The notes under the pieces were generated by a model. The model was given only the letters and a program-made list of their open reading frames with translations. It made no database searches and was not told where the DNA came from. A DNA stretch of 64,000 nt, from contig CAYQCW010000003.1 in NCBI GenBank assembly GCA_964416155.1, positions 70,318 through 134,317 of the forward strand, given 5' to 3'. Of the stretch, positions 29,451-37,858 are shown in pieces. This stretch comes from an uncultured Nitrososphaerota archaeon. Lineage in GTDB: Archaea; Thermoproteota; EX4484-205; JAAOZP01. A program made the position numbers and the translations under genes. Within the stretch, counting starts at the first letter, position 1; each line of letters starts with the position of its first letter.

Positions 29451-29822
29451 ATGAGCCTGCCAAACTATTATATTCCGCTTAAGAAGGCTGTTGACGACTA
29501 TCTTAAGGAGCAGGGTTTGACACTGTCGGACGTGGTGGCAGTTATGGATGAAGACAAAGAGAGCATTGCCGAGAGCCTTAGGAAAAGATGCTTAATATCC
29601 TTAAAAACAGAGAGGCTGCTTCTCGAAAGGCTAACAAGTAGACAGCTTAACATGCTGATATTCGTAATACAGGTTTTCTACATTATAAACATAGGAGGAA
29701 TATACAAGGGGTTAATCATTTACCCTGAAAGAAGCAGCGTTGTATCCGGCCAGAAGGTTACTGAAGAAGGGTTGAGGCTCGTTTTGAAGGCACTCGGGTT
29801 CCCCAGCCTAGAGCAAGCCTAG
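29451..29822 (+). CDS. Hypothetical protein
   Basis: 123-aa ORF directly after asnS with normal codon usage. Confidence 0.6.
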   Translation: MSLPNYYIPLKKAVDDYLKEQGLTLSDVVAVMDEDKESIAESLRKRCLISLKTERLLLERLTSRQLNMLIFVIQVFYIINIGGIYKGLIIYPERSSVVSGQKVTEEGLRLVLKALGFPSLEQA

Positions 29823-29903
29823 GTACAAGTGGAAGCTAAAACATGCAGACTCTCACCACCATGACAAAAGGAAATTTGGATCTTCCGATTTGTTTAAAGA
29901 GGA

Positions 29904-30010
29904 TGGGGGCGCCCGGATTTGAACCGGGATCGCATGGGCCCAAGCCATCTGGCTGTTTTCCTCTGAAGCCTACCAAGCTAGCCGGTTTTCACCCTTTAGC
30001 CCACGCCCCC
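29904..30010 (-). tRNA. tRNA-Pro(TGG) with two BHB-type introns (15/16: 29978-29995; 27/28: 29949-29964)
   Basis: GGGGGCG/CGCCCCCA acceptor. Removing 18+16 nt gives a 73-nt cloverleaf with CATGG-CT TGG GC-CCATG and an A15:U48 pair. Confidence 0.88.
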
Positions 30011-30125
30011 TCACAGCTTGCCTAAGCCTGTATGTTTAAAAAGATTTTGTCAGCCAGTATTTTTTCATCATCTACTAGGAGTTGCCCTGCTGACGAGAAC
30101 ACGCAACAGGCAGCTTGATTTAGAG

Positions 30126-30234
30126 TGCCGGAGGCGGGTCTCGATCCCGCGACCTCCAGATTATGAGTTTCATCAACCCCTTAGGGTTCTGGCGCTTTAG
30201 CCTCCCAAGGTCTAGCCATCTGAGCTACTCCGGC
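30126..30234 (-). tRNA. Elongator tRNA-Met(CAT) with two introns (22/23: 30197-30211; 30/31: 30169-30188)
   Basis: GCCGGAG/CTCCGGCA acceptor. Removing 15+20 nt restores the GCTC/GAGC D-stem and CCAGA-CT CAT AA-TCTGG (74 nt). Confidence 0.87.
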
Positions 30235-30445
30235 CTCTTTTTATCCAACGCAAAGCCGAGTTTTAAATTTTTATTGGAAACACTCTGGCTCTAAGCGTTT
30301 CAACACAGGGGAACAATACCTAGAAGTGCCCGTTGGGTTTTGCTCATCCTGCTTGATCGAACAGTGTTTCGAAAAAGTTCTCCAGCAAAAGGTTGCGAAG
30401 GGTGAAGAGATAAGGCATTATGTTAAAAAAAGTTTTAAAAGAGGA

Positions 30446-30552
30446 TGGGGGCGCCCGGATTTGAACCGGGATCGCATGGGCCCGAGCCATCTGGCTGTTT
30501 TCCTCTGAAGCCTACCAAGCTAGCCGGTTTTCACCCTTTAGCCCACGCCCCC
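30446..30552 (-). tRNA. tRNA-Pro(CGG) with the same two introns (30520-30537; 30491-30506)
   Basis: Identical to 29904-30010 except at anticodon position 34. Confidence 0.88.
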
Positions 30553-30769
30553 TCACAGCTTGCCTAAGCCCAGCGTCTTTAAAAGCGTTTCGTGATAGAC
30601 GACTCAGTTCTCCGAATTCCCCCGAGCTATTGGGATGTGTGTTAAGACCAGTTATTAGATTAAAACTATTCTCGTAGAAAACCATGAGGCTCCGGTGGTG
30701 AACAGCCCTCTTAACATGGAAATAGGAGGATTAGTGCGCAACATTAAGTTAAAATAGTTTTACCTTACT

Positions 30770-32698
30770 GTGCAGAATATCATTAAGATGGATGAGGAAA
30801 ACAAGGGTTTCAAAACGTTGAGCGACATCTTTAAAGCATTAGGGTTTCCAGTGCGAGTTGAAATACTGAAAATACTGGAGAGAAACCCACTTAGATACAG
30901 TGAGCTGATGAAGACCGTTAGGCTTGACAGGTTCAGCGACGCTGGGAAGTTCGCCTACCATTTGAGCAAGCTTATGGAGAACGGTCTCGTCGAGTATAAG
31001 CCTGAGAGCAAGATATATGTGATAACCCCGCTGGGCAAGGATGTTCTAAACCACGCTATGGATCTTTTTGAGTCGCTAAGAAGGAAGGAGAATGTTCTGC
31101 TCGTTAGGAGAACAGACTCCTCCATTGAGCTTTTCGATAGGAAGAGGATTGAAGAGTGTCTAGTCAGAGAAGCCGGGACGGATCAGGATACTGCTGAAAC
31201 AATAGCCCTGGAGATAGAGGAGAGACTGTATTCTCTCGGAGTGAAGTATTTAACGGCGCCGTTGATTAGAGAGTATGTTAACGCTGTCCTCCTTGAGAAG
31301 AAGATGGAGAACTATAGGCATAGGTTGACGAGGCTTGGGCTGCCCGTGCACGACGTGTCTGAGCTGATATCTGTTAAACGTGGTCTTGACGATGTAGTGA
31401 ACGAGGCTGGCGAAGAGGTTTTAAGACAATACGCTTTTCTCGTCAAGCTTCCGAGGCAGGTGGGTGACGCGCATCTCAGTGGGATAGTTAACATTAATCA
31501 TTTAGCCAGCTTCATGTTTAAGCCCGAAGAGCCTGTAAACTCGTTAGCAAGCCTTAGCCTTGTGAAAACCTACTCCTATATTCCTTTTTCCGGTGGCCAG
31601 TCTCCGCTTAAGGAGGCCGCGTGGAGGATTGTTGAAACGTTCAGCAGATCCTCCATGCATGCTAACAGCCTTCTCGTAGACAGTGAGGATCCTGATCTTT
31701 TAGAGAAGTTTTTGAAAAGCATTACAATAAGCCAGAAGAGGTGGAATGTTATTTTAAGCGTAAAGCTGGAATCCGTTGTTTTCGAGCTCTTAAGGAAGCT
31801 TGTTGAAATAGCTGAGAAAACGGTTTTATCCAATTTTTCTCTCTCACTCGTCGGCTACGATAGGAAAGTTTTTGAAGAGGATTTCACAAATAGTTTAACG
31901 AAGTTTTTAAACGCTGGGGGTGCCCTCATATTAGCTGGCTCTCAAAACTCGTGCCCCACTCACCATTTTACTGTTTTAAACGATGATGCTGACAATTATG
32001 TTAGAACTGGCATCTTAAGCTCAGTAAGCCTGAACCTGCCCCGTATTCTCGAGAACGTTTCTCTGAACGAGGACTCCTTCTGGAAAAGCCTAGGCGAGGT
32101 TGTGAGCAGTATTGTTGAGACCTTCGAGCTTAAGAGGGAGAGCTTAAGAAGCATTATAGAAGACAGGAAGCTCCTCCCCCTGTCCTGCAGAATTAACGGT
32201 GAAACATACTTTCTCGTTGAGAAAGGCTGTTCAATAATAGAGTTGACAGGGCTTTACGATGCTGCTTACAGACTTGTAAACTCTCAGGATTTTTCAGCCA
32301 GTTTCTCCGAGGCTGAGAAGATCGTTAAAAAGGTGAACGAGTTTGTCCATAAGTCTTCTAAGAAGGAGAACAGGGTGCTCGTCAACCTTGTAAACCACGA
32401 GGAAGCCGTGCAGAGGTTTGGAGGAACCCGTGTGAACGTGTTTCCGAGAAACATGGCTTTCGAAGAATGGTTTAGGTTCGAATCCAGGCTTAAGAGCCTT
32501 ACGCCTGAGTCTAACATTATTCACCTGCAGGGTTTAGAGGAGCTTGCAAGCCTGAGGAAAACTGGTAAGACTAGCTTCCTACTGTATTCTCCGAAAACAA
32601 TGTGTGCGAGCTGCGGTAGGATCTATCCTGCTTCCGAAGAAAAGTGCTCCTGTGGATCCATATTTAAGAACTGTTTCATAGGGGAGAGAAAAATTTAA
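30770..32698 (+). CDS. ArsR-like HTH + ATP-cone + degenerate class III ribonucleotide reductase (NrdD)-like protein
   Basis: IFKALGFPVRVEIL..FAYHLSKL (HTH), VRRTDSSIELFDRKRI..LTAPLIREYVN (ATP cone), RLGLP, DAHLSG..I, SVSLNLPRI, C-terminal CASC..CSCG. Confidence 0.75.
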   Translation: MQNIIKMDEENKGFKTLSDIFKALGFPVRVEILKILERNPLRYSELMKTVRLDRFSDAGKFAYHLSKLMENGLVEYKPESKIYVITPLGKDVLNHAMDLFESLRRKENVLLVRRTDSSIELFDRKRIEECLVREAGTDQDTAETIALEIEERLYSLGVKYLTAPLIREYVNAVLLEKKMENYRHRLTRLGLPVHDVSELISVKRGLDDVVNEAGEEVLRQYAFLVKLPRQVGDAHLSGIVNINHLASFMFKPEEPVNSLASLSLVKTYSYIPFSGGQSPLKEAAWRIVETFSRSSMHANSLLVDSEDPDLLEKFLKSITISQKRWNVILSVKLESVVFELLRKLVEIAEKTVLSNFSLSLVGYDRKVFEEDFTNSLTKFLNAGGALILAGSQNSCPTHHFTVLNDDADNYVRTGILSSVSLNLPRILENVSLNEDSFWKSLGEVVSSIVETFELKRESLRSIIEDRKLLPLSCRINGETYFLVEKGCSIIELTGLYDAAYRLVNSQDFSASFSEAEKIVKKVNEFVHKSSKKENRVLVNLVNHEEAVQRFGGTRVNVFPRNMAFEEWFRFESRLKSLTPESNIIHLQGLEELASLRKTGKTSFLLYSPKTMCASCGRIYPASEEKCSCGSIFKNCFIGERKI

Positions 32699-32723
32699 TA
32701 GTGGGGTTCTCATTCTTCCTTCC

Positions 32724-32861
32724 GGTTACCGGCCATAGGAGCTGCGGAAACACCCGTACAGGGGAAACCCGCGGAGCCGTTCCGAACACGGAAGTTAAAC
32801 ACAGCTCCGTTTCAAACATTAGTGTGGTCTTCGGCCACGCGAGGTTTGAAAGCCGGTAACC
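32724..32861 (+). rRNA. rrf: 5S rRNA with a 17-nt BHB-type insertion (32760-32776)
   Basis: Helix I GGTTACCGGC/GCCGGTAACC, helix II GGAGCTG/CAGCTCC, conserved CCGAACACGGAAGTTAA. Length is 138 nt, or 121 nt without the insert. Confidence 0.92.
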
Positions 32862-32945
32862 CTCCTTCGAGATGTTAATTGAGCGTAAAATTTTCATTAA
32901 AGGCTTAAATATTCTCCGGCTGGAAAACCAGTGGCGTAAAGATAG

Positions 32946-34049
32946 ATGCAACCACTATTATTCCTAGGACAGGACAATACGGACATTGGCTACATAATCA
33001 ACATACTCTACATGGCGATGTTTCTAGTGCTTGTATTCTGGGGTGAGAAAATACAGACGATGATTCGGCTGCGAGACATCGAGTATGCTCTTGAAAGACT
33101 ACGCTTAATGAGAGACGAATCTGTTAAATTCACAAAGGAGAAGTTGAAGAAATACGGCAGGGAGGAGATAAACAGATTCTTAGATAATTATCTCGAATTC
33201 GTAACTATCCCCCCAGTCGACATGGATCCAGCCGGCGTAGTTTGGAAGCTTGATCATATAGTTAAGACTGCCGAGGACAGGGTTAGAGGCGAGATAAAAC
33301 AGATAATCCCGAATCTTGATGAAAGCCAGGTTTTAAACATAATGAATCTTTTCGAAGCATCCTATGCTTTAAACTATTATTATAAGGTTGTGAGGCACTA
33401 CTATATTCTGAGTAAGAAGACTTCAAGCTACATTCTGATAATACAACTGCAGGCTATTCTCCCGCAGGTGATGATGGAGGCAGAAGCATACCTGGGGGCA
33501 CTGCAAGCATTTTCAAGCGGCCAGCCGATTGGCGACGGTGCGGGAGCGCTTGTCGCAGCCCGGCTCATGAGAGGCGGCGAGATATTCGACATTGAGAGGG
33601 ATAACGTTTACACTGTTAAGAATATTCAAGGGAGAAGAGTATACTTCATGAAGGCGAAGGGCCCGGGAGGGGCTGTAGGCACCCCTGGGGATGCTCTCAT
33701 GAAGCTCAGTGAAAAAGAGAGTTTCAAAATGATATTTATGGTTGACGCGGGGCTTAAGCTGGAGGGTGAGAAAACAGGGAGCATCGCTGAAGGGGTTGGG
33801 GCAATCATCGGCGGAATAGGTACCGAAAAATATAAGATCGAGGAGGTTGCGACTAAGAAGACTATTCCCCTCTACGGGATGATTCTAAAAATGTCTTTAA
33901 AGGAGGCGATCACGCCTATGACTAAGGATGTTCTTAACGGTGTCGAAGAGGCACACCAGCTTCTTTTAAAGAGAATAGTTGAGAAGTCTTCTGAGGGGGA
34001 CACGGTGATGGTGATAGGTGTTGGCAACACGATGGGCATCGCGCAGTAG
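32946..34049 (+). CDS. DUF1512-family protein
   Basis: IPPVDMDPAG, QPIGDGAG, KAKGPGG..G.PG, VDAGLKLEGEKTG, GVGNTMGIAQ. Confidence 0.8.
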   Translation: MQPLLFLGQDNTDIGYIINILYMAMFLVLVFWGEKIQTMIRLRDIEYALERLRLMRDESVKFTKEKLKKYGREEINRFLDNYLEFVTIPPVDMDPAGVVWKLDHIVKTAEDRVRGEIKQIIPNLDESQVLNIMNLFEASYALNYYYKVVRHYYILSKKTSSYILIIQLQAILPQVMMEAEAYLGALQAFSSGQPIGDGAGALVAARLMRGGEIFDIERDNVYTVKNIQGRRVYFMKAKGPGGAVGTPGDALMKLSEKESFKMIFMVDAGLKLEGEKTGSIAEGVGAIIGGIGTEKYKIEEVATKKTIPLYGMILKMSLKEAITPMTKDVLNGVEEAHQLLLKRIVEKSSEGDTVMVIGVGNTMGIAQ

Positions 34050-34533
34050 GAGGTTGAGAGCATTGGAGAAAAGCCCAGCTAGTCTTCTCGTCCCGTTCTA
34101 CTTCTTCCTACTCGGCCTACTCATTCTTTTCTCACTAATTCTTCTTGTTCAAGGAGTTACGGGTGCAGGCAGGAATGACAGTGTTACCAACATGCTTTTC
34201 ATAATGACTGGATTAACCGGTCTGGTTTCAACATTTTACATGATAAGAAGATACCAAGTTAGCATGCAGAAAATGCTGAAGGAGAGGAAAATAGTTGTTT
34301 TAACAGTTGAAGAATGCTCCAAATGCAGCTACAAGGCCGTTAGGCCTTTCCGCGAGGGGGACTACGTGTACGGATATGGCGAGGAGTGTCCTAGGTGTCC
34401 TAAGGGTTCAGGCGACACGGGTGTTGAAAACAGAATGGTGATTACAGCAATATACTTGGAAGGGGGGGTGTCAGGAGGAACGCTATTAACCGGTTTCGGA
34501 AGTCAGGTTTACAGCGGAGTCTTCAAGTATTAG
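34018..34533 (+). CDS. Membrane protein with C-terminal Zn-ribbon
   Basis: Two TM segments, then ECSKCSY..RPFREGDYV..CPRC..MVITAIY. Confidence 0.65.
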   Translation: MLATRWASRSRRLRALEKSPASLLVPFYFFLLGLLILFSLILLVQGVTGAGRNDSVTNMLFIMTGLTGLVSTFYMIRRYQVSMQKMLKERKIVVLTVEECSKCSYKAVRPFREGDYVYGYGEECPRCPKGSGDTGVENRMVITAIYLEGGVSGGTLLTGFGSQVYSGVFKY

Positions 34534-35514
34534 GAAAGTATCCTCAGCCTGCGCGATTTTCCTCCCGCTTCTCTCAACCAGAACCGGGTATGAAACCAGA
34601 TTTTTCCCCAAGTCTTCAATAATCATGCGGAAGACATTTCTATCAGCATTCTTGAAGAGGCTTGAACACCATCTTTCGCAGAAAGGAAGGGTTCTGAACG
34701 AGCTCAGCATTCTCCCAACCTGACTGCTGAACTCCCCCTTGTAGTCTAAGGAGAAGTGTTTGAAACGATATATGTAGACGCGCCCAGCCTCGCTGACCTC
34801 ACCTACACCGTCGGCGAGCGTTACGAACGGCTCTATTGCTACAACCATGTCTCTCCTAAGCTTCTCCATGCTGAAAGTTTTAAGATTCGGGATTGAGAGT
34901 CCCGCGTGAAGGTTGAAACGGTCTATCTGGTGGCCGGTCAAGTTTCTTATCACTCTGAAGCCCCTTGACCTGACAATGCTTTCAACCGCCTCACCGATCT
35001 GGCTGATTTTAACACTGCTCCTCAACACGCCGGATGCTTTTTCAAGGCTTTTCTCAGCAGCCTCAACCATCTCCCTGTCTCCCTGCGAGAGAGGTATTGT
35101 GAACGCGGTGTCAACAATACAGCCGTCAACGTGGACACCCAGGTCTATTTTAACCAGCGAGCCTTGAGGAATCTCGCCTTCAAACCCGGGGGGCGGGGTG
35201 AAGTGGGCTGCAACCTCGTCCAACCCTATGTTGCACGGGAAAGCCGGCAGGCCGCCGAGCTGCCTTATACGATCCTCTATTTCTTTGCAAAGCTCTACGA
35301 GCTTCACCCCAGCCTTAACCTGTTGACGCGCCTCCTTCTTAACTCTCTTTGCGATATCGCCTGCCGCAAAGTATTTCTCCCTCTCCTCCTCGTTCAACAG
35401 CCGGCTTCCAATCTTGGGGAAAGGCTTTAAATGGGTTTCCAAGCCTCCTAAAGCATTGTTAAGAGGAAGACTGTGATACTGGGCGGTACTTTCGACAGGT
35501 TTCACAGAGGGCAT
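34486..35514 (-). CDS. map: Methionine aminopeptidase type II (true start likely about 35400)
   Basis: PAFPCNI, AAHFTP, KIDLGVHVDG, DTAFT, NLTGHQI, AIEPF. Confidence 0.92.
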   Translation of the reverse strand: MPSVKPVESTAQYHSLPLNNALGGLETHLKPFPKIGSRLLNEEEREKYFAAGDIAKRVKKEARQQVKAGVKLVELCKEIEDRIRQLGGLPAFPCNIGLDEVAAHFTPPPGFEGEIPQGSLVKIDLGVHVDGCIVDTAFTIPLSQGDREMVEAAEKSLEKASGVLRSSVKISQIGEAVESIVRSRGFRVIRNLTGHQIDRFNLHAGLSIPNLKTFSMEKLRRDMVVAIEPFVTLADGVGEVSEAGRVYIYRFKHFSLDYKGEFSSQVGRMLSSFRTLPFCERWCSSLFKNADRNVFRMIIEDLGKNLVSYPVLVERSGRKIAQAEDTFLILEDSAVNLTSETG

Positions 35515-35913
35515 ATGCTCCTCCTAGGTCTGGCAGCAGCACTTGGGAGGAGTGTAATCGTCGGAGTCACATCGGACAAGTTTGCAGGTAGCAAGCCCCA
35601 CAGGGTTGAGGCTTTCGCAGAGCGTTCTGAGAAGGTTTCCGGTTTTCTAAGGAGCATCGGGTGCAGGGGTTTCAGCGTTTTGAAGCTGGATGATTACACT
35701 GGTCCAGCGGCAACCTTAGACGAGGGGTCCCTTCTAGTAACCTTTAACACTCTAAGAAACGGCCTGCTTATCAACAGGATTAGGGTTGAAAAAGGTCTGC
35801 CTCCCCTAGAGGTTCTTCTAGCACCTCTCCTAGAGGCTGAGGATTCTACGCCTATATCCAGCACCAGGGTGAGGAGGGGAGAGGTTGACGAGAAGGGTTT
35901 TTCAAAGCGTTAA
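35473..35913 (+). CDS. coaD: Phosphopantetheine adenylyltransferase (archaeal)
   Basis: GGTFDRFHRGH, GVTSD, INRIR..GLPPL, PISSTRVRRGEVD. Confidence 0.85.
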   Translation: MILGGTFDRFHRGHMLLLGLAAALGRSVIVGVTSDKFAGSKPHRVEAFAERSEKVSGFLRSIGCRGFSVLKLDDYTGPAATLDEGSLLVTFNTLRNGLLINRIRVEKGLPPLEVLLAPLLEAEDSTPISSTRVRRGEVDEKGFSKR

Positions 35914-35927
35914 AGCTTAAAAGCACG

Positions 35928-36058
35928 TGTAGGCTCACCCTAACTGAGCCGTCCGAAAGCGGATCTAACCGAGCATAGGGCTTAAGCTCTGCTGTGAGGA
36001 AGGAGGACCCAGGACGGCGAAACAGCAGAGCTCGGTGGAAGAGGCCTTGGAGCCTGCA
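35928..36058 (+). ncRNA. Candidate structured non-coding RNA of unknown family
   Basis: GC-rich intergenic segment with complementary pairs TGTAGGCTC/GAGCCTGCA, GCCGTCC/GGACGGC, ACCGAGC/GCTCGGT and GCTCTGCTGT/ACAGCAGAGC. Confidence 0.35.
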
Positions 36059-36093
36059 GCAGGCATGCTGTGAAAAAGGACGTCAGGCCGAGC

Positions 36094-36522
36094 TTAAACA
36101 ACCTCCTGCTCAGTTTTACCCCTAATAAAACGGGGGATGCCTTCAACCTCCTTAGCGGAGCCGCCTAAAGCCTGTTTAAGCCTATGCTTATACTCTGTGT
36201 TAACTCTTACTCGCCCTGAGCAGATCTTCCTTATTTTTACACTGTGCGACCTGCCCCTTCTGTCGAAATCAGTTAGGACAACTATTTCCGAAAGCTTTTC
36301 CTTCTCCAGCCAGTCTGTGGCTGCAAGCCTGATGAAGCATCTAAGAGTCATTATCCTAGCTTTAACCCCGAGTTTAACCAGTGCCTGCCTGTCCTTTGTT
36401 CCCTCAACCACTATGAGTTGCCTCGTGTCGCTGAGGTTCAGCTCCTGAATAATCCTGTTGACTGATTCTGCTGAGGCAGTATTGCGCCTGATACCTGTCT
36501 TACTAAGCCTGGGCAACAGCAC
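36094..36522 (-). CDS. Small Toprim-domain protein
   Basis: IVVEGTKDRQAL..LG and VVLTDFDRRG. Confidence 0.82.
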   Translation of the reverse strand: MLLPRLSKTGIRRNTASAESVNRIIQELNLSDTRQLIVVEGTKDRQALVKLGVKARIMTLRCFIRLAATDWLEKEKLSEIVVLTDFDRRGRSHSVKIRKICSGRVRVNTEYKHRLKQALGGSAKEVEGIPRFIRGKTEQEVV

Positions 36523-36568
36523 CCGCTGGGTCTACGTATGCTAAGATAAAAAGTTTAAATCCCCTTTG

Positions 36569-36639
36569 AAGCCGTAGGATGACAGTGATGCTTAATGAGG
36601 TTGATGAAAGCATGCTTATTCGCAGAAGCAAGGAGGCTT
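36569..36639 (+). ncRNA. Candidate C/D-box sRNA immediately upstream of dnaG
   Basis: AGGATGA (C), guide, ATGA (D'), TGATGA (C'), guide, CAGA (D), with terminal AAGCC/GGCTT and a TTTAAA box just upstream. The boxes are degenerate. Confidence 0.35.
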
Positions 36640-36646
36640 GATGAAA

Positions 36647-37833
36647 ATGGGGTCTGAACAGCCCCCGTCGGTTACGAAGTACGTGATTAGGGTGGAGTTT
36701 GAAGTCGAGGGAGTTGTGGAGAGAATCTTCTTCAAAAGGGAAGATTCCCGCAGAAACACGATATTATAGGCGCCATATTCGGACAGACTGAGGGTCTGTT
36801 CGGAGACACCCTCGACTTGAAGAAGCTCCAGAAAAGCGGCAAGCTTGGAAGAATAGATGTTGAACTGAGGAAGGAGGAAAAGAAGACCCTTGGAAACGTG
36901 ACTATGCCTAATAATCTTGATCAGCCTACTGCAGCGCTTCTAGCGGCGACGCTGGAAAGCATAGAGCGGGTTGGGCCTTACGATGCCCGGTTTAAACTAG
37001 TCGGTGTCGAAGATATAAGGGAGGAGAAGAGGAAGAGGATCATGGAGAGAGCGAAAGACATTATGCAGAGGTGGTCAGCATCCCAGAGAAGCGAGGTAAT
37101 ACAGATGATAAGCCAGGTTAGCGAGGTCAGTGATGTTGGCAAAATAGTTAGTCTCGCTCCTGACGTTGAAGGCGGGCCTGAGGCGGAGACGAGTGAAACA
37201 TTGTTCATCGTTGAGGGCCGGGCTGATTTAACCACTCTCATGAAGGCGGGCGTTAAGAACGTGGTTGCGACCAACGGTGTGAACATTCCCCAGTATGTGG
37301 TTAACCTGACCCATAGGAGGAAGGAGGTTACGGTTCTGGCTGACGGTGACAGGGTTGGCGACATGATTGTGAAAGAGCTCCTGAGAAGAGGGGGGAAAAT
37401 AGACTACGTGGGCAAGGCGCCTCAAGGGAGAGAGGTGGAGGAGATGAAGCCTATTGAAATCCTGGATATGATAAGCAAGAGGGTCGACGTGAAGACTTAT
37501 CTCGCAACACTACAGGCGGCGGCTAAGCCAGTCGCCCCGGAAAACCTTCTGAACGTTATGAAGACGCTTAGGGACAGGGTTAGAGAGTCCTTCACCGCGA
37601 TTCTCCTAGACGAGGAGGGGGAGATTATAGATGAGGTTCCCGTAAGCCAGCTTTACGACAGGCTGAGCGGGCTTGACAATGTTGCCGGGGTTATTTTCGA
37701 CGGTATTGTCTCCCAGAGGCTTCTCGACCTTGCTCAAAGCAAGAATGTGAAAATCATGTTGGGAGAAAGGATAGGTACCGTGGAGAAGATGCCTAAGGAG
37801 ATAGTTGTCAAGACTCTCGACGAATTAAAATAG
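36647..37833 (+). CDS. dnaG: Archaeal DnaG (primase-like, exosome-associated), interrupted by a 32-nt BHB intron; exons 36647-36721 and 36754-37833
   Basis: AGGAGG at 36631. Exon 1 reads ...KYVIRVEFEVEGVVE and exon 2 KHDIIGAIFGQTEGLFGDTLDLKKLQKSGKLGRI. Toprim motifs IVEGRAD and LADGDRVG, C-terminal FDGIVSQRLLD. Confidence 0.93.
36722..36753 (+). other. Predicted mRNA intron with canonical bulge-helix-bulge motif
   Basis: GTT-GTGG-AG|A-GAATCTTCTT(CAAAA)GGGAAGATTC-CCGC-AG|A-AAC. Confidence 0.88.
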
Positions 37834-37858
37834 TTTAAGCCGCATTCTGGAAGCCCAG

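Noticed and set aside
30638-30717. Short inverted repeat TGTTAAGA...TCTTAACA suggesting a MITE
   Set aside because: Only 8-9 bp, with no convincing second full copy or target-site duplication.
36817-37833. ORF-track start for DnaG at TTG 36817
   Set aside because: It omits the conserved N-terminal motifs. The upstream exon and Shine-Dalgarno explain the locus better.
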